Positions 23,455 to 32,679 of a stretch of 32,679 bases of DNA are shown here, piece after piece. A model generated the notes under the pieces. The model did not search any database, was not told the origin of the DNA, and was given only the letters and a program-made list of their open reading frames with translations. Positions within the stretch are counted from its first letter, which is position 1, and each line of letters starts with the position of its first letter. The stretch lies in assembly GCA_040143965.1 (NCBI GenBank), contig JASJQH010006956.1, positions 1-32,679 on the forward strand, in the 5' to 3' direction. Origin of the DNA: Basidiobolus ranarum (Eukaryota). Both the position numbers and the translations under genes were made by a program.

Positions 23455-23646
23455 ATGAAGTACTCTCCTCTCCGCGTAATCCTAGCTGTCATTACTGTGG
23501 CCATTGCTGTTGAAGGCCAAGCCGCTTGTAAGGATGCATGCTCCAGTGCCACAAGTGCCTGTTTATCCAGATGTCAAAAGGGTCAATACAACTGTAACTT
23601 ATCCTGCATCAGTTATGGCAACTCTTGTCGCGATAGATGCACATAG
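23455..23646 (+). CDS. Small secreted cysteine-rich peptide, copy 2 (63 aa)
   Basis: 10 nt and 6 aa differences from copy 1, all Cys kept; TATATAAA at 23406-23413. Confidence 0.9.
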   Translation: MKYSPLRVILAVITVAIAVEGQAACKDACSSATSACLSRCQKGQYNCNLSCISYGNSCRDRCT

Positions 23647-24655
23647 AGTCATATCGGTATATAGCTGAAAATAAAGCTCACCAGCACACTGAAAGTGATG
23701 AACTAAAATAGATCACTACCATTATTATGTCATGGCTCAATTATCTTTACGTGAATTCCACTTTCAATTCATTGATGCAATGTGTAGAAAGTATTCATAT
23801 ACTTGTGGGTTGCGAATCATTGCATTCAAGACTTAGTGTAATAGTATCCTTCATTTTAATAAAGGGATCCATATAGCTTTGGTATGGCCATTGTTGAGGG
23901 CTAGATATCCATAATTGAAGTATAATCCACAAGTTCAATATTAAGGTTGCCATGTACACTGTTTACTTAACAGAAATGAGATCAGGATGTGATCATTATC
24001 AAATTGACAGAAACTGTCAGAGGACCAGCAAGATCATGTCCAGTCGTAATTTGTGGGATTAAATTAAGGAATCGTAAAAGTATTTTGAGGATATTCAGCC
24101 AGCTTTATGCCATATAATTCTATTCTATGCAAAACTTATTCTTTGCACTATTGCAACATTATATCACATTCATTATTAGTTAGAATTCTTCTATTTTGTA
24201 TACAGTTTTTAATTGTTAATGTTAATCAAATAAATTCACTCTGCTAATTCGATTATTCCAGTTATAATCCCAGTCAATGAAAAAATCTATCCACTCTTTT
24301 TTGTCTCCATATACGTGTATTCTTGGCTCAGTATGCAAAGCTCTAAAATTTCCATAAATTTCCCTTTCACAAACACCAAGAAGTTACTATATATACTGTA
24401 CCTTTTATAGCATATATAAGTTGCAAATAAACTATTTTATCTCACATCAGCACCATGATAAATTGTTGAACTTGTGCAAAAAGCTACCATATATTCAACC
24501 CAAACATTCCCTTCAAGATTCCCACGTATTTATAGTAGTAGTATTGAATACTTTGGCTGGAATAAATAACACCCCACAGGGTGGTGAAGAATCTAGCATT
24601 GTCAAGCAAAATATCATAAAGACATTGCCTTAGTTTCTCTGAATACAGGGTGAGA

Positions 24656-24970
24656 TATGTTAAAGTATTTGGGAGCCTGTTGAAAGTGGTTTGGAGAATT
24701 AGAGAAATTGGTGGTTTTCACTTATTGAGTTGATATTTATAGTTTTGTCCAGATGTAGACAAACTAGCGTGCAGAATGTGTTAATGAGGGTCCAAGAAAC
24801 ATGTGCGCAGAGTTTGGGGCTTCTAGTATAAGTTATCAAAATTTATATATCTTCAAACTTTTAAGTAAATTCCGATATCGAATAATGGGATATATCTTAG
24901 TTCAATATAGGATTACTAAATACTAAGCTATATATGACTATGTAGGTGTTTAGGTAATGCTAATTTCAGC
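24656..24970 (+). repeat. Dispersed ~300-bp repeat, copy A (probable non-autonomous transposon relic)
   Basis: Aligns by eye to 32035-32270 (only 2 mismatches in the first ~70 nt) and to 31371-31699; no credible ORF. Confidence 0.85.
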
Positions 24971-25638
24971 AATTTCCGCATATGTATGCTCCATAGAATA
25001 CTCCAGAATGTGTATCAAGGCCCAATAAGTTGTAAATACGTTGATTGGTACAGTAGGGCATGCACAGAATACTTGCCTACTTTAAGTCATGCTAGGCCAC
25101 CTTTGTAATACAATCTCTCCAAGTCCATGACATATTCTTGCAAAGTGGTTGTATATGACTCATATTGGTAGATGTCAGTATATGTCATAGAGAGATATTT
25201 ACATTGTCAACGCAAGTCTCCCAATGATTCCATTACACATTTGGCAAAAAACTTGGATGAATCTCACTAGAATGATTACATGTCAAATACTTTCAATTTT
25301 TACATTTAAATAGCTTTATGCTTATGTGGATAGAGTTAAACTCTTATCTCGATTTTGTTTGTTGAAACTCAACATATCCAACTGACCGTTTGGTGATTGG
25401 ATGTGTATAGCAAGGGTCGAATTTATGGAACAAGCAAATATTATTTAATATAAGAGCTGATGGCCATAATACAATACACTATATTAGACAAATAAAGACG
25501 ATCATGTAAATTGTTTGTATGCCGATTGAAACCACTAAAATCAAACATGAAAATCAATGCACAAAATCGTTGCCATGATTGAAAGGTTCGTGGAAAGGTT
25601 CGTGTGAGGAGTAGAAATATATTAATGCATATACTATG

Positions 25639-28600
25639 TTAGGCAGATCCCTTGGTTTTACTGCCCTTGGGAACACGGGCTAGCCAGTAGATGAACACCG
25701 CCGCGCCAATATTGAAGACGATGTATACCCACATGAGGCCAAAGTTGCGCCACGCATCCTTGTAGTAGCTAGACACTGAAGCCAGGAAGGTATCAGTTGA
25801 GGAAATGACGCAGAAGGAGCAGCTACCAGTGGCATTTGGGTCTAGCAGGTAGCCACCAGCATAGCTGATGTAGTTGGACATATACTCGCCACAGGTCATG
25901 TTACTTGGGGGATCGAAATGTAGGTACTCGACTGCTTCGCAGACCGCATTGGTACCGGAGACACCTGTCGAGAGCATTGCCGAGACCAGATATGTGAACG
26001 GTGAGACGCGGTACATGAAGATCCAGAATCCGGGTAGGGCTTCGGGAGTAGCGAGGACACCGCAAAAGATCAAGCATAAGGAGAAGAGTAAGTTGGCGAG
26101 ATTACCGCCGGTTTCGGCAAGTTCGATACCTGCGATGACCATATGTGCGAAGGTAGAAGTGAAGAGGAGGAAAGTCAGGATAAGCAGGAACATGAGGACT
26201 CCGCGCTCGCTCACGGCATTAGTGGGCTCAGCATTGTGGTACAGGCCGATGGGATAGTACCAGCAGACAAATATAAGGACCGCCATGAGAGTGTTCCAGG
26301 GAAGTTCAACAACAATATTTGCGGACATAAAGGCTTGCCAGGAGTAGGTCTTAGAGGGTCTCTCACGGACCTCGTACAACGAACGTTGAGTGCAGAAGTG
26401 GGGCATGATTTGTTGGACGAGGTTACCAAAGATGGTCATTAGCATGAAAATACTGAACATCTGGTTCTGAAGACCCTGGAGACTATTCTGTGAGTGGAAG
26501 AAGGAAAATCCGATGTACAAGGAAGTGAAGATGCAGAGAGCCGCCTTGGAGTAAATGTATACAGGGGTACGCCAATATTGCGAAAAGATTCGGACCAAGC
26601 ATTCATACAGCTGAATAGAGAAGGGGGCAGCAAATTCCTTGTAGCTGTCGTGATCGGAGGCAGAGTTTTCGATGGCCTTCTGAGGTAGTGTTAATTTCAG
26701 TTCAGCCAGGTGGTCAAGCACTGCTTTGTATTCAGGGCTATCACGCCAGACAGCAGGCCAGTCAATATCACTGTGGGACCCAGGAGCAGCACCAATAACA
26801 TCCAGCATCCATTCGGCGGGATTCGCATCGTCGGGGAGTTTAGGAGCACCGTTACGCTGGAAGTAGCTGGCAAGGGTGGAAGACTTCTCCCCAATCTCTC
26901 CGAAGTAGACGGTCCTTCCGCCCTTAGCGAGAAAGAGTAAGCGATCGAAACGTTGGAACAACATGGCAGATGGCTGGTGAATAGTGCAGAGGATTGCTTG
27001 ACCATGCTTGGCAAGAGTATCAATCAGATCAAGGATAGACCAAGAAGTCTGACTATCAAGCCCAGAAGTAGGCTCGTCCAGGAAGAGAAGCAGCTGAGGC
27101 TTAGCAGCGAGTTCTACACCAATAGTCAAACGTTTGCGTTGTTCGACGTTGAGACCCTCGCCAGGGACACCTACTACAGCATCGGCATATGATTCCATTC
27201 CTAAAAGCTTGATTACCTCTTCAACGTAGTCAAGCTTCTCTTGGCGAGGGACGTGTGCAGGCTGACGAAGAATGGCACTGAACCGAAGAGCCTCTCTGAC
27301 GGTAGTAGTATAAAGGTGAAGATCTTGCTGCTGTACATAACCTGTTTTTCTCTGGAAGGACTGATCGCGGGGTTTACCGTCAACCAACATCTCACCAGTT
27401 ACAACACCCATTGTAACACGTGTGGCCAAGACATCGAGAAGTGTTGTTTTACCAGCACCCGAAACACCCTGTAGAAGTCAGTAAAATATTAAAATAAAAT
27501 TGAAGGTAAAAGGACTCACCATAAGAGCAGTGCAAGTACCGGGCTTGACCCAACCATCAACATGGTCAAGGATTCGACGGGTCTCGTTCTTGATCTTGAT
27601 GTCGTAACACACATCCTGCCAATGGAAAATTGCCGTTTGTTTCTGGATCTTAGTTGACACTTCACCACCGTTGGAGTCACTTATTTTCTCAACAGAAGCT
27701 TGCTTTGGGTTGGCTTCAATGTCATCGGCATCCTTACCAACAGGCTGATGACCACGACGAAAGAGTAAGACCTCGCCCTTGGACTTGGCCTCCGAGATGT
27801 ATTCAGAAGCAAGTAGATAGGTGCACATAAAGAAGAACAAAAAAGCAAACATGATTCCCAGGTTTCTCCACTTGTGGCTGTTGTAGTAACGGAAGCTTTG
27901 GTGCAAATAGTTGTCTCCCAAAACAATATTGGAGCCAGCAACAGCGCCAACTGTAGAACAAATCTTGTTCTCCGGCGAGGCACTGATGTAGTCACCTCCA
28001 GAAGGAACGAAAACGGAGCATGGGAACGCCCGATCATGGAATTCGTTGACCATAAAACTCTCGAAAGCATACGCGATAGGGTCGATGTAGTTCATCCAGC
28101 GCGACCAGCCAAGCATGTTACGAGTTGGGATAGTGAAACCAGTGTATATGATCAGTCCTAATATAAGGATAGCTGCCGGCACCAAAGCCTGAGAGAGGGT
28201 GCGAGAAGTGGCGGCAATTGTACGAAAGATCATGGACATGGTCAATGTAGTCACAATGGAGAATAATAGGAACACGAAGAATGCACCTGGTTCACGACGA
28301 AGGTTGGTCATGAAGTAAAGCGTAATGTTGAATGTGATGGCATTAAGTAGCTTATATGGCAAGTCACAAATCATGGACGCAATGGCCTCGGCGAACGGAT
28401 GGTACATAGCATAACGAGTATGTTTTTCAACGATTGGACGTTGAACGTACAAGGTCAATATCTCGAGTGCACTAGAGAAAGCGTTAAGAAGGACCGCAAA
28501 GAAAAGCAGGGCACCACGGGAATAGAAACTATTAGTGTCATCGGTCAAATTATAGAAAACACTTCCAACAATCAATGCCATGATGAAGTTGCCGATCAAT

Positions 28601-30293
28601 TGGGTTAGGGTCAAGCTGGCATCGCCTCTCAAACGCTGGAAGCCACGGACAACGCAGAGTTTGACTTGATCCCAGACAGAAATGGTGTAAGGTGACTTGA
28701 CTCGCTGGTTCTTTGCTTGCATCGCCCTACGTGATTCAATGAACCTCTCCACGGATTCTCCACCAATCGGATACTTTTGCTCGTATTCCTCGATTTCCCT
28801 TATCAACTTTGCATAAGCATTACTGTTCTTCCAGGCAGCAGCGAACTCATCGGGCGTATTGGGGACTTGACCCCCGAATCCGGGCTTGACGATACGCTCT
28901 GAGGGGCTGGTAAGAGAGGTCAGGAAATCAGCGGTCGTCTGGCGTTCGGGGCATTCGAATCCCATAGTGGTGAAGAATTCTCTGGCTTCATCTGTACGAC
29001 CAAAATAGATCTGTCGCCCTTCATACAAAACGGTAACTTTATCGAAGACGTCATAGGCACTCTGAGAGGCCTGGTAGATAGCCACGGCGACTGTGGCGCC
29101 AGCATATTTAGACATCAAGTTCAGGGTCTTGCAAAATTCTAAGGCATTGGCACTATCCAAACCTCTGGTACTGTTGTCCCAGCACTGGATGGGGCTGCCA
29201 CTCAGTGCAGCTTCGGCAATACTGACACGCTTCCGCTCACCACCACTGACGCCACGAACGAAATCATTACCAACTTTAGTGTTAATAGTGTGCGAAAGAC
29301 CCAGCATGGCCATGACGACGTCTCTCATGTGCTCCGCATACTGTTGCCTAGTAACTCCGGGAAGACGATTGCGGGGGGCTCGGGCAAGAGCCGCGAATGT
29401 GAGGGTGTCTCCAACGGACAATTGTGGAAAATGGACATCAGTCTCTGCTGTGTATATGGCTTCACCACGGAATTGGTCTTTCATCTGTTTGACAGAGATA
29501 CCTGGATTCTTTTAGTTACGAGCAGCTAAAAATTGCTCACAGAGAAAACATACCTTGATAGTTGATGTGGGATTTCTCATCCAGGTGAATACCGTTCATC
29601 TCACCGGCAATGGTCTTGAGGAAGGTTGAGCAACCACTGGGGAGAGTTAATTTTGCGAGATTCAGAGTATAAACCAATGATTACATACCTGCCAGGTCGA
29701 CCCAGGACAACGAGCATCTCTCCGCTCTTGACGAGACCGTCGAAGTTATGAAGAATCTGAATCTTCTGCTTACCAGTACCAGTAATTGAACGGAAAAGGG
29801 TGCCGATCTCTAGAACAGAATTGGCAACATCTTTCTGATAATCCGTGGGACTACCGTAACCATGAACGCTGAGATTCTTGAAACACACACCTGCAGTTCG
29901 TTTAGGATATCTTTCTGGGTCCCGCGATTGAATGGTCAACAAGTTCTTCATCCAATTCTTGGGCTTAAAATTGGGATCATTAGGATTCAATGTCGAATCC
30001 TCATTCGATCCGATGAATGGGTTTTCAACCAGGTTATCAATAGAATATCTGGTTGACTGGCGGGTCAACTGACGTGCCAGACGAGTAACCTCCCCTAGAA
30101 TGATCTCTTCGCCTAGTACTTTTTCTGACTTATCGAAAACCGTATCGGCAGTGCACAGGCTGGAATCCAGTTCATGGGAGAAGTTATCCGAGTGCTGTTG
30201 TGATGCGTATTCCTCCACAGGCTGGTGGGCACCTTGGCCCCTGACAGTGCGTTCTACGTTCAAATTGGAATTAATCGTCCCTAACAGAGACAT
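25639..30293 (-). CDS. Full-size PDR/ABCG multidrug efflux transporter, 1499 aa, AbcG1/Cdr1B(AbcC)-like; exons 30293-29689, 29636-29554, 29501-27520, 27468-25639
   Basis: NBD1 has [22 protein letters not shown] and QCWDN; NBD2 has [24 protein letters not shown] and [12 protein letters not shown]; two 6-TM domains with PDR extracellular loops. Three 51-52 nt GT..AG introns give a 4500-nt intact CDS. Confidence 0.97.
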
Positions 30294-30317
30294 CGTTAAA
30301 GAGCGTAAAACGTTAGG

Positions 30318-30373
30318 CTTAAATTACTGAGTTAATGATGGGCTCCTTAAATTACTGAGTAAATGATGCGCTT
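30318..30373. repeat. 28-bp tandem duplication in the ABC transporter 5' leader
   Basis: CTTAAATTACTGAGTTAATGATGGGCTC followed directly by CTTAAATTACTGAGTAAATGATGCGCTT. Confidence 0.9.
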
Positions 30374-30380
30374 CAGGAGT

Positions 30381-30391
30381 ATATATAATAT
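30381..30391 (-). promoter_or_regulatory. Probable TATA box of the ABC transporter
   Basis: Minus-strand TATTATATATA about 90 bp upstream of ATG 30293. Confidence 0.5.
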
Positions 30392-30657
30392 ATTCGTCAG
30401 ATCCCTGAAAATCACGAAAAGCGATATGCCAAAAATTGAGGTCTGTAGATAACAAAGCCGAGTCATAAATGAAATTATCTCGACGCATTTGATTGGCTGA
30501 AGAAGGAAAAATGGGATTTCTGGAGCGTGAAAAACTGCAAAAATCGATTCTGTGTAGGATATTCGGACCCGAAATGCAAAAATTCATTGTAAATGTCTGT
30601 GTCGGCTGTACATATCCGCTTCCATGATTGTTACTGGAGTAGTTCTTAGGAGGTCTG

Positions 30658-30733
30658 ACAGAGTGGGCCAACAAATGCTAGAGACGAATACCACAGAGTG
30701 GGTCAACAAATGCCAGAGACGAATGTCACAGAG
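30658..30733. repeat. 35-bp tandem duplication in the ABC transporter promoter
   Basis: ACAGAGTGGGYCAACAAATGCYAGAGACGAATRYC at 30658-30692 and 30693-30727, plus a partial ACAGAG. Confidence 0.9.
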
Positions 30734-30811
30734 CAGAGAGCACTGTCATAGAATCAATTCCAAAATTACATGTGGATTTGAGTCACTTCCCCAAATCTTC
30801 ACACCGGAATA

Positions 30812-30873
30812 CGCTAAATCCTAGATTATCCGCTAAATTCTAGATTATCCGCTAAATTCTAGATTACCCGCTA
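30812..30873. repeat. 19-bp tandem repeat x3 in the ABC transporter promoter
   Basis: CGCTAAATYCTAGATTAYC at 30812, 30831 and 30850, plus a partial CGCTA. Confidence 0.92.
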
Positions 30874-31370
30874 TGGGTTGTAACACTCATTAAATCACGT
30901 GGATTCATTGTCCGAAGATCAAAATAAGTGCGCATTATTTAGCTTTAAACTTTAGCTACGTGGAGAAATTTGATGGCATTTTTGATTTTACTGATTATAC
31001 TAAGCTATATGAGAGTATCCAATCATGTGCAATGGAGGTTTGCTTTGATTTGTGCCTAAATGTTATGCTATATTTTAGGAACATTGAATTTCATTCACTT
31101 TCATTATGCATGTGACTAATTCAAATATCACATCGTGGCTACCCTACGTTTATAAGTCGTTTATCCCTATGTTCAAGATAAGATCACCACTTGATATATA
31201 TGTTAAACATCCTGGAATTGCCAAGTAGAGTTAGAAATGTTAAACTAGTATTACTGGCATCAAAAGTAGCTCATTTCACTTTTACTGATGCTCTGAACAC
31301 AACCCCTTTTGTGGCTTGGAAAATAATTACAATATTTGCAATCACAATTCTTCCCCATCTGCTAGAAATC

Positions 31371-31699
31371 AGCCTGTTGGAAGTGGTGTGAGAAATCAAG
31401 AAATTGGTGCTTTTCACATATTGATTTATTGAGTAGAAAGTTGACTTATCTAGTTTTGCCAAGGTATAAACAAACTAGCATGCTGAATGTGTTTAAGAAG
31501 ATCCCAAGAGCATGCGCAAAGTTTGGGGCTTATAGCACAGGTTTGAAAAATCTGTATATTTGAGAACTTCTAAGTTGTTAGAAATATTAGAACTAAGTTC
31601 CAATTAGGAATAATGGATAATTTCTTGGTGAGATATAGTATAGCTTAGTACTCAGCTATATATAACCATGTAGGTGCTTAGGCAATGGTAATATCAACC
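31371..31699 (+). repeat. Dispersed ~300-bp repeat, copy B (more diverged)
   Basis: Shares AGCCTGTTG.AAGTGG, GAAATTGGTG, ACAAACTAGC, AGTTTGGGGCTT and ATGTAGGTG.TTAGG.AATG blocks colinearly with copy A. Confidence 0.82.
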
Positions 31700-32034
31700 C
31701 TCTCCCTCACCCAAATCGTCATATAAACTAATCTTAAGGAAGATCTATAAATATCAAATTTTGCCAAGCTAATAGTTTGGCAAATATATCAGCAATCATG
31801 TTTTCTGTAGAATAATAAGTTGAGTCATCAAATTTATCTTCTATAGTCTCTTTAATAAAATGATGTCTAATATCTCTATGTTGGCTAGTAGTATATAACA
31901 TTGGATTTCCACTTATGTTGATACTGTTACTAAGAGGATCTTGACATAATGGGGGTAGACTGTGTATATTGGAGGTTACTTATGATATTGCTTTTAGCTA
32001 CTTTATTATTAAGAGAATATGTTGCCCTGTTTAG

Positions 32035-32274
32035 TATGTTAAAGTATTTGGGAGCCTGTTGGAAGTGGCTTGGAGAATTAGAGAAATTGGTGGTTTTCAC
32101 TTATTGAATTATTTAGTAAAAGGTTGACATTTATAGTTTTGTCATGATATAAACAAACTAACATGTGGCATCTGTTAAGGAAGGTCCCAGAAGCATGTGT
32201 GCAAAGTTAGAGGCTTCTAGCATAAGTTTGAAAAATCTATATTTCTGAAATTTCCAAGTTAGTATCAATATTCT
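32035..32274 (+). repeat. Dispersed repeat, copy C, truncated by an LTR insertion at 32275
   Basis: Near-identical start to copy A; homology fades by about 32270, just before TGTTGA. Confidence 0.85.
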
Positions 32275-32679
32275 TGTTGACAGTCTGGTGACTTGTGGTA
32301 CAAGCAGTAATTCCCAAAGAGGAAAATATGGAGTATGGTGACTGCACCTGAACACAAAGTCCAAGGCCAATCAGTTGCTTGTATAGCTGACAAGCCAAAG
32401 TACCATACACTGACAGACTAGGTTAAGGTTCCCTAGCAATATAGGCATAGCATACAAGGACTGGTAGCTCAGTGGTTAGAGCACCTTGCTAGAGTGAGGA
32501 GGTCACAGGTTCAAATCCTGGCCAGACCAATATTTCTCCCTAAATAATTTCAATAGGTTATGAGCCCTGGTTGGTGCTAAATCCAGAAATCCTGCTTGAG
32601 GGGGAATGTTAGCAGGGGGATGAAAAGCACCACAGGGTGTAATCTTTATTTATCTCAAGTCATACAACACAAATAAACA
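32275..32679 (+). mobile_element. Miniature non-autonomous copia-type LTR element (TRIM) with a tRNA-derived segment in its LTR: LTR 32275-32555, PBS 32556-32569, PPT 32598-32606, next LTR start 32607
   Basis: Termini TGTTGA...TCAATA (one transition from TCAACA). GGTTATGAGCCCTG follows immediately and is complementary to the tRNAiMet anticodon arm (Ty5/copia half-tRNA priming). GAGGGGGAA then abuts TGTTAG. Confidence 0.75.
32458..32529 (+). pseudogene. tRNA-derived sequence (degenerate cloverleaf) with intact Pol III A and B boxes, inside the LTR
   Basis: GGACTGG/CCAGACC acceptor stem (1 mismatch), GCTC/GAGC D-stem, CCTTG/TGAGG anticodon stem closing only a 6-nt loop, CAGG-TTCAAAT-CCTG T-arm. 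A box TAGCTCAGTGG at 32465-32475; B box GGTTCAAATCC at 32508-32518. Confidence 0.85.

Noticed and set aside
22401-30293. RiPP/bacteriocin-style cluster (peptide plus dedicated ABC exporter)
   Set aside because: The peptides have classical ER signal peptides, there are no modifying enzymes or repeated cores, and PDR pumps export small molecules.
25874-30330. Many antisense and alternate-frame ORFs over the ABC transporter
   Set aside because: Expected shadow ORFs of a GC-richer CDS; no recognisable motifs.
30805-30822. AtrR response element (CGG-N12-CCG) upstream of the pump
   Set aside because: The sequence is CGG-N12-CCT, one mismatch in a 6-base motif; too weak to call.
31191-32370. Short ORFs in the repeat copies as a protein family or transposase
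   Set aside because: Reading frames are not conserved among copies A, B and C, and no transposase or RT motif is visible.
32458-32529. Functional tRNA (Ser-AGA or amber suppressor CTA)
   Set aside because: The best anticodon stem leaves a 6-nt loop, there are mismatches in the acceptor and T stems, there is no long variable arm for Ser and no oligo-T terminator, and it sits within an LTR.

Overview
Eukaryotic (fungal) genomic DNA with short (~50-95 nt) GT-AG introns. The host looks like a non-ascomycete, probably early-diverging fungus (Basidiobolus-like is my inference, not proven). Bases 1-19.6 kb are an ordinary, intact plus-strand gene block: 3' end of a formin (FH1-FH2-DAD), a signal-less short heme-thiolate peroxidase, a 9-exon site-2 protease, a ~21-exon VPS13, a DUF3020 protein and a FAR-17a/AIG1-like membrane protein. 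From ~19.9 kb to the end is an AT-rich, decaying accessory region. It holds a secreted-protein pseudogene, a bacterial-type CHAP amidase remnant and a tandem pair of 63-aa secreted peptides with a perfectly periodic C-X3-C-X6 cysteine ladder. It also holds an intact, GC-richer 1499-aa PDR/ABCG transporter that reads like Aspergillus AbcG1/Cdr1B (candidate fungus-to-fungus horizontal transfer), bracketed by same-orientation copies of a ~300-bp repeat and with three tandem duplications in its promoter. At the right edge is a miniature copia-type LTR element whose LTR carries a tRNA-derived Pol III promoter (LTR[tRNA]-PBS-28 bp-PPT). Exon boundaries were read by eye and family assignments are from motif recall; no searches were run.
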